DNA of 43,120 bases, taken from a bacterium. GTDB taxonomy: Bacteria; Actinomycetota; Acidimicrobiia; Acidimicrobiales; Ilumatobacteraceae. Both the position numbers and the translations under genes were made by a program. Every line of letters begins with the position of its first letter. Positions within the stretch are counted from its first letter, which is position 1. The stretch is taken from positions 1 to 43,120 of the forward strand of contig JBKOXV010000168.1 of the NCBI GenBank assembly GCA_046725105.1, in the 5' to 3' direction. Below the pieces are notes generated by a model. That model made no database searches. It was not told the origin of the DNA and saw only the letters and a list, made by a program, of their open reading frames with translations. Of the stretch, positions 34,155 through 43,120 are shown piece after piece.

Positions 34155-35422
34155 CAGGAGGTGGCGACCTCTCGCGCCGCGGCGTGGGCGGCCTCGATGA
34201 CGCGCTCGATCAGGGCGTCGTCGTGGGCCAGGCCCGGGAAGACGACTTCGTAGGGGCCGGGCGCGATGGCGACGCCCCGCCGGAGCAGCGCGTGGAAGAA
34301 CGCGGCGTACCGGGCCGCGTCGGTGGTGCGCGCCGTGTCGTAGTCGACGGCCGGGGTGGCGCCGAAGTGCAGGCCGACCAGCGGCCCAACCACGGGCACG
34401 CGGGCGGTGATGCCGGCGCTCGCCAACGCGTCGTGGAGGCCGGCACCGAGGCGTTCGGCCCGGGCCTCGAGCAGCTTGAATCGGTTGTCGGTGAGCTCAC
34501 CGAGGGCGGCCAGGCCGGCCGCCGTCGCCAACGGGTTCCCCGACAGCGTGCCGGCCTGGTACACCGGCCCGAGGGGGGCCAGGCAGGCCATCACGTCGGC
34601 GCGCCCACCGAAGGCGGCGATGGGCAGGCCCCCGCCGATCACCTTGCCGAAGCAGGTGAGGTCGGGCCGCACGCCGTAGGCGACCTGGGCGCCGCCGACG
34701 CCGAGTCGGAAGCCGGTGATCACCTCGTCGAACACGAGCAAGGCGCCGGCCCGGTCGCACGCCGCCCGCAACCCCTCGAGGAAGCCGGCCGCCGGGGCGA
34801 CCAGGCCCATGTTGGCGGCGACGGGCTCGACGATGACGCACGCCACCGAGTCGTCGAGCTCGGGCACCACGTTGTAGGGCGCCACCACGGTCTCGCTCAC
34901 GGCGGCGTCGGTGACGCCGGCCGAACCAGACAAGCCGAGCGTGGCGACGCCGCTGCCGCCCTCGGCCAGCAGCCCGTCGCTGTGGCCGTGGTAGTTGCCG
35001 GCGAACTTCACCACGGTGGGCCGGCCCGTGTAGCCCCGCGCCAGCCGGATCGCGGTCATCGTGGCCTCGGTGCCGGAGCTCACCAGCCGCAGCTGCTCGA
35101 CCGACGGCACGTGCTCGGCGATGGTCTCGGCCAGCCGCGTCTCGCCCGGCGTGGGTGCGCCGAACGATGTCCCGTCGGCGGCGGCGCGCTGCACGGCCGC
35201 CACCACGGCCGGGTGGGCGTGGCCCAGGATGATGGCGCCGTAACTCTGGACCAGGTCGATGTACTGGTGGCCCTCGACGTCCCACACGTAGGGCCCCTCG
35301 CCGCGCACCACCGTGTAGGGCACGCCGCCGACGGATCGGAAGGCCCGCACCGGCGAGCTCACGCCGCCGGGAATGACTCGACGGGCGCGCTCGAACGCCT
35401 CGGCGTTGGTGGCCGCCGTCAC
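34154..35422 (-). CDS. hemL: Glutamate-1-semialdehyde 2,1-aminomutase, 422 aa
   Basis: RARRVIPGGVSSPVRAF, DLVQSYGAIILGHAHP, FDEVITGFR and CFGKVIGGGLP (PLP lysine). The GTG at 35422 overlaps the hemB stop (GTGA). The track ORF to 36124 is read-through. Confidence 0.93.
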   Translation of the reverse strand: MTAATNAEAFERARRVIPGGVSSPVRAFRSVGGVPYTVVRGEGPYVWDVEGHQYIDLVQSYGAIILGHAHPAVVAAVQRAAADGTSFGAPTPGETRLAETIAEHVPSVEQLRLVSSGTEATMTAIRLARGYTGRPTVVKFAGNYHGHSDGLLAEGGSGVATLGLSGSAGVTDAAVSETVVAPYNVVPELDDSVACVIVEPVAANMGLVAPAAGFLEGLRAACDRAGALLVFDEVITGFRLGVGGAQVAYGVRPDLTCFGKVIGGGLPIAAFGGRADVMACLAPLGPVYQAGTLSGNPLATAAGLAALGELTDNRFKLLEARAERLGAGLHDALASAGITARVPVVGPLVGLHFGATPAVDYDTARTTDAARYAAFFHALLRRGVAIAPGPYEVVFPGLAHDDALIERVIEAAHAAAREVATS

Positions 35423-36399
35423 GCCAGGGACTCGGCCAGCTCGCGGGCGAGGTACGTGAGGATGATGTCGGCGCCGGCTCGTTTGATCGCCGTCAGGTGC
35501 TCGACGGCGACGGCGGCGCCGTCGATCCATCCGTTGGCGGCGGCGGCCTTGATCATCGAGTACTCGCCGGACACGTGGTAGGCGGCGACGGGGAGATCGA
35601 CGGCGGCCCGCACGGCGGCGATGACGTCGAGGTAGGCGAGCGCCGGCTTCACCATCACCATGTCGGCGCCCTGCTCGATGTCGGCGCGCACCTCGGCGAG
35701 CGCCTCGCGGCCGTTGTGCCAGTCCTGCTGGTAGCCCTTGCGGTCGCCGCCGCCGGCGATGTGCACGTCGACGGCGTCCCGGAACGGGCCGTACAGGGCC
35801 GACGCATATTTGGCCGAGTAGGCGAGGATGGCGGTGCCGGCGTGGCCGGTGCCGTCGAGGGCGGCACGAATGGCATGCACCTGGCCGTCCATCATCCCGG
35901 AGGGGGCGACGACGTCGGCGCCGGCATCGGCTTGGGCGACGGCGGCCCGGGCGTAGAGCTCGATGGTGGCGTCGTTGTCGACGTCGCCGGAGGGTAGGAC
36001 GACGCCGCAGTGGCCGTGGTCGGTGTATTCGTCGAGGCAGTTGTCGGCCATCAACACCAGGCGGTCGCCCACCTCCTCGCGGAGATCGCGCAGGGCCACC
36101 TGCACGATGCCGTCGGGATTCCACGCCTCGGATCCCACCGCGTCCTTGCGGGCGGGCACACCGAACAGGATGACGGCGGGTACGCCGAGGTCGGCCAGGC
36201 CGGCCACCTCCTTGCGCAGGCTCTCACGCGTGTGCTGAACGACGCCCGGAAGCGAGGCGATGGGCTGCGGGTCGGTGATGCCCTCGCGCACGAACAGGGG
36301 CGCTACGAGGTCGTCGACGCCCAGCCGGGTCTCGGCGACCAGACGCCGCCAGGCCGCGGTGCGACGCAGGCGGCGGGGACGGGAGGCGGGGAAGGCCAT
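35419..36399 (-). CDS. hemB: Porphobilinogen synthase (delta-aminolevulinate dehydratase), 326 aa
   Basis: RPRRLR, LVAPLFV, APSGMMDGQV and MVKPALAYLDV (active-site Lys), YHVSGEY. Confidence 0.93.
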   Translation of the reverse strand: MAFPASRPRRLRRTAAWRRLVAETRLGVDDLVAPLFVREGITDPQPIASLPGVVQHTRESLRKEVAGLADLGVPAVILFGVPARKDAVGSEAWNPDGIVQVALRDLREEVGDRLVLMADNCLDEYTDHGHCGVVLPSGDVDNDATIELYARAAVAQADAGADVVAPSGMMDGQVHAIRAALDGTGHAGTAILAYSAKYASALYGPFRDAVDVHIAGGGDRKGYQQDWHNGREALAEVRADIEQGADMVMVKPALAYLDVIAAVRAAVDLPVAAYHVSGEYSMIKAAAANGWIDGAAVAVEHLTAIKRAGADIILTYLARELAESLA

Positions 36400-36410
36400 C
36401 GCCGTGAATC

Positions 36411-37130
36411 CTACGACCGGGCCCGCTGATCAAGGCGAGCGCCGAGGCTACGAAGGGACACGTCGCCGAGCGAGCCGACGACGAGGTCGGCGTCGGACAG
36501 ATCGTGGTGAGCCGACATCGGTCCGGGGACAGCGACGGTGAACAGGCCGGCGGCGCGGGCCGCGGCAACCCCCGTCGCCGAGTCCTCGAGGGCGACCGAC
36601 CGGGCCGCCGGCGCGCCCAACGCCGCTACGGCGGCGACATAAGGCTCGGGATCTGGCTTCGGCCGGTCGACGCGATCGACGGACACCACGACACGGAACC
36701 GATCGGCCACACCCAGCCGTTCGAGATGGCCCTCCACCCACTCGGCGTGAGCGTTGGACGCCACCCCGCACGGCACGCCGGCGGCGCCGGCGGCGTCGAG
36801 AAGGGCGAGCACACCGGGCAGGGGCCCGAGCGCCGCCAGCAGCTGGGCGCCGTGGGCTCGGCGGGCGGCCTGGAGGGTGGCACGGTCGAGGGACCGGCCG
36901 ACGACGGCTTCCAGGTCGGCCACCCAGTCGGGCGCGACGTGCCCGACCGACGGCAGCCAGTCGTCCAACACCAGGTCCAGCCCGTGGTCCCGGTACACGC
37001 GTCGCACCGCCTCGTACTCGGTCGACTCGGTGTCGCAGATCAGCCCGTCGAAATCGAAGACGAGGGCGGCCGGCAGCTGTCGCCGTCCGCTGCTTCGCGT
37101 CGGCCGGCTCCTACTCGCTTCGCTCGGCAA
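36411..37130 (-). CDS. HAD-superfamily hydrolase (beta-phosphoglucomutase-like subfamily IA), about 239 aa
   Basis: The DxD motif LVFDFDGLICDTE and a late EDSATGVAAARAAG motif. The only start in the ORF is TTG at 37130, so the start is uncertain. Confidence 0.75.
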   Translation of the reverse strand: MPSEASRSRPTRSSGRRQLPAALVFDFDGLICDTESTEYEAVRRVYRDHGLDLVLDDWLPSVGHVAPDWVADLEAVVGRSLDRATLQAARRAHGAQLLAALGPLPGVLALLDAAGAAGVPCGVASNAHAEWVEGHLERLGVADRFRVVVSVDRVDRPKPDPEPYVAAVAALGAPAARSVALEDSATGVAAARAAGLFTVAVPGPMSAHHDLSDADLVVGSLGDVSLRSLGARLDQRARS

Positions 37131-37194
37131 TCGGTTCTCCCGCGACCCGGCGGCGCACGGCCGAACGCCGCCGACTTCGTCCTTCTCACCGACG

Positions 37195-37860
37195 CTACCG
37201 ACGGGACGCGCCGCTCCGTTTGGTGTCGGCCGGGCACAGCACCTGCCGCCACGGCTCCACGATGATCCCGAGCTGCTCGTCGATCGGGGGCCACGGGAAG
37301 CCGGCCAGCGAGATCCGCAGCGATGTGATGCCGTGGACGGCGGTCCATACCGAGCACGTCATGACGTACTCGTCCGGCTTCGGGCCGTCGGGCCCGCCGA
37401 GCTCCACCACCCGGTGCACGGTCTCCTGGAGGTGGACGAAGGCCGTGCTGCCCGGCATCTCGGCGGCATCGACGGTACCCGGCATGGCGTTCTTGTGGGG
37501 ATGCTGGATCATGAACAGGATCCGGTAGCTCTCGGGATGGGCCAGGCCGAACTCGACGTAGGCATGTCCCTTCCGCATGAGCTCGTCGAGCGGGTCGGTG
37601 GCGACGCTGGCCGCCTTTTCGAGCGTGTCGTCGAGCCGGAGGAACACCTCCCGGCACACCTCCTGCAGGAGCGCGTCCTTGTCGGCGAAGTGCCGGTAGA
37701 TCGACGGCGGGGTCACTCCGACCCGGTCGGCGATGGCGCGGATCGAGACCGCCGATTCATCGGCGGTCTCGACCAGCAAGGCTTCGGCGGCGGCGAGGAT
37801 CTCGCCGCGCAGACGCTCGCCCTCGCCCCGCCGAGCCCGATGGCGACCGTCTGCAGTCAT
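37195..37860 (-). CDS. TetR/AcrR family transcriptional regulator, 221 aa
   Basis: HTH region SIRAIADRVGVTPPSIYRHFADKDALL. ATG at 37860 with GGAAGG upstream, 4 nt after the MMPL stop. The track ORF to 37980 is read-through. Confidence 0.9.
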   Translation of the reverse strand: MTADGRHRARRGEGERLRGEILAAAEALLVETADESAVSIRAIADRVGVTPPSIYRHFADKDALLQEVCREVFLRLDDTLEKAASVATDPLDELMRKGHAYVEFGLAHPESYRILFMIQHPHKNAMPGTVDAAEMPGSTAFVHLQETVHRVVELGGPDGPKPDEYVMTCSVWTAVHGITSLRISLAGFPWPPIDEQLGIIVEPWRQVLCPADTKRSGASRR

Positions 37861-37864
37861 GGCG

Positions 37865-40141
37865 TCAATCCTTCCACCCGACACCGGCATAGCGCTCCTC
37901 CAGGCGGCGCCGATCGGCCTCGTCGGCGTCGGTCCACACGTCCTCCCCGTCGTCGAGATCGACGGTCTCGCTGATTCCAATCCGACGGTGGATCCGGCGC
38001 AGCCACCCGGGCGCCCACCAGTTGGCGCGGCCGGCGAGCGTCATGAAGGCCGGCACCAGCGTGGACCGGATGATGAAGGCGTCGACGAGCACGGCCAGGG
38101 CGAGGCCGATCCCGAACAGCTTGATGAAGGACACCCCGGACGTGGCGAAGGCGATGAACACGACGGCGATCAGGATGGAGGCCGCCGTGACCAGCCGGCC
38201 GGTGCGCTCCAGGCCACGAGCGACAGCCGTGGTGGTCTCCGCACCCTTGTCGTGCTCCTCCTTGATGCGGGACAGGAGGAAGACCTCGTAGTCCATCGAG
38301 AGCCCGAAGGCGATGCAGAACATGAGGATCGGCATGACCACCGCGATGCTGCCCGTCGGCGTGAAGTCGAGCAGCCCGCTGAGATGCCCGTCCTGGAAGA
38401 TCCACACCATCGCCCCGAAGGTGGCGGTGAGGCTCAGCATGTTCAGGACAACAGCCTTGACGGGCACCAACAGACTGCCGAAGAGCAGGAACAGGACCAC
38501 GAACGTGACGACGCCGATGAACCCGAGGGCCAGCGGCAGCCGATCGAACAGCGACGCCTTCGTGTCGACCAGCTGGGCCGACGCCCCACCCACCAAGGCG
38601 GGCGCCGGTGCCGGGACATCGCGCACCGCATCCACCACGGCCTCACCGTCGGCCGACATGGGCTCGACCGTCGGCACGACCGACAGCCAAGTGGCGTCGG
38701 TGGACGCGAACCGGTTCGATGCGGCGTTGGGCGGGGCCACCTGGTTGCCGGCGGCGTAGCTGCCGGTGAGGGCGTCGACGCGGCCCACGTTCTCGATCCG
38801 GGACAGCTGGGCGGCATAGGCGGCGATCTCGCTGGTGCGGGCGGCTGGATCGCCGGTGCCGGTCAGGACGACCTCGACGGTGGACGACTCCCGCGAGGCG
38901 AAGTCGCGCCGCAGCGTGTCCTGGACGACCCGGGCCGGATCGCCCGGCGGCAGGACCCGGTCGTCGGGGATGCCGAAGGCGATGTGCAGGAACGGCGTGC
39001 CCAGGGCCAGCAGCAACACGATGGCGCCGGTGGCGATCGGGACCGGACGCCGCATCACGAACAGGGCGATCCGATGCCACACACCGGTGCCGACGGCCGG
39101 CGCCGCCGAGCGGTGGAAGACAGCGAACCTGTTCACGCGCGGCCCGAGGACGGCGAGTAGCGCCGGCAGGACGACCACCGCGCCGACGGCGGCGAGGATC
39201 GCCACGGCGATTCCGGCGTAGGCGAACGACTTCAGGAACGTGATCGGGAACAGCAACATGGCTGCCAGCGAGATGGCCACCGTGGCCGCACTGAACAGGA
39301 CGGTGCGGCCGGCGGTGCGAACCGTCCGCATGACCGCGGTGCGCGTCGCGTGCCCGTCGGCCAGCTCCTCGCGGAAACGGGAGACGACGAACAGGCTGTA
39401 GTCGATGGCGAGCCCGAGGCCGAGCGCCGTCGTGAGGTTCAACGAGAAGATCGACACGTCGGTGAACGAGGTGAGGACCTGCAGGACGGCGAAGGTGCCG
39501 ATGATGGCGAAGATGCCGACAGCCAGCGGCAGCAGGGCGGCGACGACGCTGCCGAACACGAGGACGAGGAGCACCAGCGTGATGGGGAGAGCAATGCGCT
39601 CGGCCTTCTGCAGATCGGACTCGACGCGGTCGCTCACGGCGTCGTTGACGATGGCCCCGCCGCCGGGGGTGATGGTGAGGGCGCCGGTGTCACCCTTCAC
39701 GTCGTCAGCGATGGCGACGGCGCGGTCGCGGATCGTGTCGTCGCTGCCCTCCAGGCGCACCAGCACGAGGGCAGTGTCGCCGCCGGTGCTTTTCAGCGGC
39801 GGTGGGCTGCCGAGCGACCAGTACGACGACGCCTGCACGACGTCGGGCTCCGAGGCGAGCCGTTGGGTCAGCTCCTGGCCGGCGGCGACCGCGGCCGGGT
39901 CGTCGACGTTGCCGGTGTCGGCCCGAGCCAGCAGCACGAGCTGGGGGTCGCCCTGGCGGAAGGTGGACTCGATGACGTCGGCGGCACGCGACGACTCGGC
40001 CGACGGGTCGTTGAACCCGCCACCGACGAGCCGGGAAACCACCCCGCCGCCGAAGGCACCGGCGACGGCGAGAAGCAGAACGGCCGCCACGAGGATCAGA
40101 CGGCGGCGGCGGATGAGGAAGTGAGCGAGCCGAACGAGCAT
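37865..40141 (-). CDS. MMPL family (RND superfamily) membrane transporter, 758 aa
   Basis: Duplicated 6-TM blocks with two large extracytoplasmic loops. Typical MMPL N-terminus (RRRRLILVAAVLLLAVAGAFGG) and C-terminal RANWWAPGWLRRIH. Strong AGGAGG RBS. Confidence 0.9.
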   Translation of the reverse strand: MLVRLAHFLIRRRRLILVAAVLLLAVAGAFGGGVVSRLVGGGFNDPSAESSRAADVIESTFRQGDPQLVLLARADTGNVDDPAAVAAGQELTQRLASEPDVVQASSYWSLGSPPPLKSTGGDTALVLVRLEGSDDTIRDRAVAIADDVKGDTGALTITPGGGAIVNDAVSDRVESDLQKAERIALPITLVLLVLVFGSVVAALLPLAVGIFAIIGTFAVLQVLTSFTDVSIFSLNLTTALGLGLAIDYSLFVVSRFREELADGHATRTAVMRTVRTAGRTVLFSAATVAISLAAMLLFPITFLKSFAYAGIAVAILAAVGAVVVLPALLAVLGPRVNRFAVFHRSAAPAVGTGVWHRIALFVMRRPVPIATGAIVLLLALGTPFLHIAFGIPDDRVLPPGDPARVVQDTLRRDFASRESSTVEVVLTGTGDPAARTSEIAAYAAQLSRIENVGRVDALTGSYAAGNQVAPPNAASNRFASTDATWLSVVPTVEPMSADGEAVVDAVRDVPAPAPALVGGASAQLVDTKASLFDRLPLALGFIGVVTFVVLFLLFGSLLVPVKAVVLNMLSLTATFGAMVWIFQDGHLSGLLDFTPTGSIAVVMPILMFCIAFGLSMDYEVFLLSRIKEEHDKGAETTTAVARGLERTGRLVTAASILIAVVFIAFATSGVSFIKLFGIGLALAVLVDAFIIRSTLVPAFMTLAGRANWWAPGWLRRIHRRIGISETVDLDDGEDVWTDADEADRRRLEERYAGVGWKD

Positions 40142-40161
40142 CTGACCCTCCTAGAACGTCG

Positions 40162-40184
40162 TTACGTTAACTATGTTACCGTAA
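40162..40184. promoter_or_regulatory. Imperfect 10-3-10 palindrome TTACGTTAAC-TAT-GTTACCGTAA; candidate TetR operator of the MMPL-tetR operon
   Basis: Half-sites match 9/10. An AT-richer patch lies 21-43 nt upstream of the MMPL ATG and overlaps several TAnnnT -10 candidates on the minus strand. Confidence 0.5.
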
Positions 40185-40333
40185 CCCCGCTACGCAGCGG
40201 CGGTCCAGATGTCATCGGTCACAGAGGCCCGGCCCCCCGGCCGCCCACGCGACCATCCCCGCCCCGGGGGAGAAAATCGGCGCGGCGCCTGGTCCCGCTG
40301 CGGGGGGCAGGCGATCTCCTAGGGTGACCGGCC

Positions 40334-41533
40334 ATGGGTGCGGCCGCCTGGCTCGAGGACAGCGAGGTCGAAGTGGCGCCGGGGGTCGAGTCGGAGATCG
40401 AGTTGCGCGTCCGCAACACGGGCAGCGTGCTCGACGAATTCTCCTTCTCGCCGATCGGGATGGCCCAGGGCTGGATCTCCGTCGAGCCGCCCAGCGTGTC
40501 GCTGTTTCCCGGCGCCGAGGAAGAGGTCCGGATTCATTTCCGCCCGCCCCGGTTGCCCACCACCCTGGCCGGCGCTTCGCCCTTCGCCGTCAAGGTGGTG
40601 CCGCGCGAGGACCCCGAGAGCACCGCCGTCGTCGAGGGCACGCTCGTGGTGGCCCCGTTCGAGGAGCGCACCATCGACCTGGTGCCGGCCACGTCGCGAG
40701 GCCGGCGGGTCGGAACCCACGGGCTGATCGTGCACAACACCGGCAACGCACCGGTCGTGCTCCGGCTGGACGGCACCGATCCCAAGAACCAGCTTCGGAT
40801 CGACTTCAACCCGTCGACGCTGAACATCGAGCCCGGCACGGCCCAGCACACCCAGGTACGGGTGCGGCCCCGGCCCCGCTTCTGGCGCGGCGAGCCCAGG
40901 ACGTGGCCCTTCCACGTCGTGCTCATCGAGGAGCAAAAGGATCCGCAGTTCGTGCCGGGCGCCATGCTGCAGGAACCCTTCCTGCCGACATGGTTCGGCA
41001 AGGCCGTCGCCGGCGCCGTAGCCGTCGTGGCCGCCCTCATCGCGATCTGGTTCCTGCTGGCCAAGCCGGCCATCGAGGACACGGCGCGTGACGCCGTACA
41101 GGACGAGCTGGCGCCGATCGAGACGGCGCTGGCGGCGGCCGGCATCACCCTGCCGCCGACGACGGTGAAGGGCGGGACGGCCCCGCCGCCGGTCACCACG
41201 ACGACCGCCATCAGCCCACTGGGTGACCCCGTGAACTTCCGACTGTCGCTGTCGAGCCCGACGTTTTCGGTACCGACGGGCCAGACGCTCTACCTCACCG
41301 ACATCACGCTGCAGAACCCCGACAGCAACACCGGGCGCATCACCATCGCCGTCGACAACGAGCCCATCTTCGACTCGGCGCTCGACTTCTTCCGCGACCT
41401 GCCCAACCACTACGTGGCCCCGATCGAGGTCCCGGCCGGCTCGGCCCTCACCACCACCGTCGTGTGCACCGGCCCGCCCGGCGGTCAGTGCACGGCGGCC
41501 GCCACCTTCGGGGGATTCCAGAAGGGGAGTTAG
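40334..41533 (+). CDS. Hypothetical single-pass membrane protein with N-terminal Ig-like (CARDB/NEW3-like) repeats, 399 aa
   Basis: Repeated pattern of the form E.ELRVRNTGSVLDEFSF / GLIVHNTGNAPVVLRL. Central TM (AVAGAVAVVAALIAIWFLLA). Cys-containing C-terminal domain. No enzymatic motif. Confidence 0.65.
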   Translation: MGAAAWLEDSEVEVAPGVESEIELRVRNTGSVLDEFSFSPIGMAQGWISVEPPSVSLFPGAEEEVRIHFRPPRLPTTLAGASPFAVKVVPREDPESTAVVEGTLVVAPFEERTIDLVPATSRGRRVGTHGLIVHNTGNAPVVLRLDGTDPKNQLRIDFNPSTLNIEPGTAQHTQVRVRPRPRFWRGEPRTWPFHVVLIEEQKDPQFVPGAMLQEPFLPTWFGKAVAGAVAVVAALIAIWFLLAKPAIEDTARDAVQDELAPIETALAAAGITLPPTTVKGGTAPPPVTTTTAISPLGDPVNFRLSLSSPTFSVPTGQTLYLTDITLQNPDSNTGRITIAVDNEPIFDSALDFFRDLPNHYVAPIEVPAGSALTTTVVCTGPPGGQCTAAATFGGFQKGS

Positions 41534-43120
41534 CCCGGCGAGTTGTGGAAGGCGGGGCTGGTCGGCCCCTGGAAGCCGGCCGTGGGCTGCAACACCACCG
41601 ACGCCTGCGCCGAAGCTGCCTCCGGCGGCGCCGTGACGACCAGGAGGCGGGTCCCGTTGCCGATGCCGTTGGGCGTGACGACGGCCACCGAGAACGAGCC
41701 GGCGGCGTCGGCGGTGGTGCTGGCGGCCGGTCCGCCGATGTCCCAGGCCAGCGAGACCGCGGCGCTGGGCGGGAAGTTGGTGCCGACCGCCGTGAGCACC
41801 TGGCCCGGGACGACGAGACCCGGCGTGACGGCGATGACGGGATTCAGCTGGCCCGTGCCGGTGAGCCGGACCGTGGCCGACGCGCCGCCGGTACCGGTGA
41901 CGGTGACGGTGGCGCTGCGGGCACCGGCGGCGCCCGGCGTGAAGGCCACCGTCAGCGTGCAGGAGGCACCGGCCGCCAATGAGCGGCCGTTGCAGCCGTT
42001 CACGGTGAGAGCGAAGTCGCCGACGTCGGTGCCCGTCACGGTGGCCGCCGGCGTGGTGGCCGCGTTGCCCGAGTTGCGGATGGCGATGGTCTGGGGTGAT
42101 GCGGCGGCGCCGACGACGACGGTGCCGAAGTCGAGCGACGACGGTGATGCCGCCAGCGCGGGCCGCGCCGGTGGTGCCGTCGTGGTGGGTGCGACCGACT
42201 GTCCGGTACCCGACAGGACGACCGTCACTGTCGCCCCGCCCGATCCGCCCACGTCCATCGAGGCGCTGCGGGCGCCGGTGGCCGCCGGTTTGAAGGCCAC
42301 GGACACCGAGCACGTCGCGCCCGGGGCGAGGGTGGCGCCGGCGCACGAGCCTCCGGCCAGCGGGAACTCCGACGGCGACGACACGAGCACGGTCCCGATC
42401 GTGGTCGTGAGGGTGCCGCTGTTGGTCACCGTGAATGACCGAGCCGCCGCCGTCTCCCCGACCGGGACGGTGCCGAAGTCGATGGCGTCCGGATCAGCCG
42501 TCAACGCGCCATTGGCGCCCGTGCCGGTGAGGCGGACCGAGGCGCTCACGCCGTCCCACGACGGATCGCCCGGCTGTGTGATCGAGAGGGTGCTCTGCTT
42601 CGCTCCGTTGCCCGTCGGAGTGAAGCCGACTTGCACCGTGCACGTCGCGCCGACCTTGATCACCTGGCCCACGACGCACGTGCCGCCGCTGACGACGGCG
42701 AAGTCACCAGCGTTGCTCGAAGTGATGGTCGCCGGCGTGACGTCGACGGTGCCGTCGTTCCGGAAGGAGATCGTCTTCGTCGCCGTGGTGTTGATGGCGA
42801 CGGTGCCGAAGTCGACGTCGGCCGCCGTCAGGCCCGGTCGCAGGGCGAACGCCTGTGACCCCGAGCCGCCGCCGGCCGCCGATCCGTCGGAGGCCAGGAA
42901 GACGATCTCCCGCCCGCCGTTCGTGGCCGCCGGTGCGCTGAACGAACCGGCCGCGATCGGTGCCGCCGTCGCCGCTTCCGTGCCGGACGAGCTGAATGTC
43001 TTGATCGAGCCGCCGGCCGTCACAGCGATGCTGGTGCCGTCGGGCGACACAGAGGGTTCGCTGGCGCTGCCGGGCAGCGCCACGGGCCCCGAGCCGGCAC
43101 GCACGACGGTCACCGAGGCG
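41530..43120 (-). CDS. Hypothetical secreted/surface protein with three tandem choice-of-anchor-D-like Ig domains; 5' end truncated by the window edge
   Basis: Three repeats of about 105 aa of the form DFGTV.vg....tf.v.N.G.....i......DFa...g.C.g..l..Ga.C.v.V.F.P...Ga..a.l.v. The frame is still open at 43120. TAA stop overlaps the convergent gene by 4 nt. Confidence 0.7.
   Translation of the reverse strand, partial: ASVTVVRAGSGPVALPGSASEPSVSPDGTSIAVTAGGSIKTFSSSGTEAATAAPIAAGSFSAPAATNGGREIVFLASDGSAAGGGSGSQAFALRPGLTAADVDFGTVAINTTATKTISFRNDGTVDVTPATITSSNAGDFAVVSGGTCVVGQVIKVGATCTVQVGFTPTGNGAKQSTLSITQPGDPSWDGVSASVRLTGTGANGALTADPDAIDFGTVPVGETAAARSFTVTNSGTLTTTIGTVLVSSPSEFPLAGGSCAGATLAPGATCSVSVAFKPAATGARSASMDVGGSGGATVTVVLSGTGQSVAPTTTAPPARPALAASPSSLDFGTVVVGAAASPQTIAIRNSGNAATTPAATVTGTDVGDFALTVNGCNGRSLAAGASCTLTVAFTPGAAGARSATVTVTGTGGASATVRLTGTGQLNPVIAVTPGLVVPGQVLTAVGTNFPPSAAVSLAWDIGGPAASTTADAAGSFSVAVVTPNGIGNGTRLLVVTAPPEAASAQASVVLQPTAGFQGPTSPAFHNSPG

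Noticed and set aside
1-43120. A search by eye for rRNA, tRNA, CRISPR arrays, transposases/integrases, IS inverted repeats or prophage genes.
   Set aside because: I recognised none. The non-coding space is small, and the only repeats found are the short ones listed above. A tRNA or small RNA could still be missed without a covariance-model scan (tRNAscan-SE or Infernal).

Overview
The window is visibly GC-rich (third codon positions are mostly G/C) and looks Actinomycetota-like, possibly Acidimicrobiia-like; that lineage guess is weak. About 29 of the 43 kb encode respiratory-chain genes, almost all on the minus strand. Three respiratory blocks stand out. (1) 2..7486 is a nuo-like operon, nuoA-B-C-D-H-I-J-K-L, with no nuoEFG; it continues past the left edge. 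(2) 8451..23872 is a complete 14-gene nuoA-N complex I operon. (3) 23883..29184 lies directly upstream of nuoA with a 10-nt gap. It is an unusual Rieske/cytochrome b cluster with a split b6 plus subunit-IV-type cytochrome b, a soluble 2x[4Fe-4S] ferredoxin, a dihaem cytochrome c and two unknown membrane proteins. A membrane-anchored monohaem cytochrome c is transcribed divergently and is start/stop-coupled to a MenJ-like geranylgeranyl reductase. The right-hand third carries housekeeping and accessory genes: a DUF559-like protein, an SDR, a VOC protein, hemL-hemB, a HAD hydrolase, a TetR-MMPL pair and two hypothetical surface proteins. I saw no rRNA, tRNA, CRISPR array, transposase or integrase. 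The main leads are: the ferredoxin-linked b6-type complex apparently fused into one 21-gene unit with complex I; the EFG-less second nuo cluster; an IPxHL(L)xRS peptide module present three times, including a 24-nt perfect inverted DNA repeat at two gene starts; and CRP/GlxR-like TGTGA-N6-TCACA boxes upstream of two respiratory operons. All functional calls rest on motifs read by eye from the translations. No database search was run.
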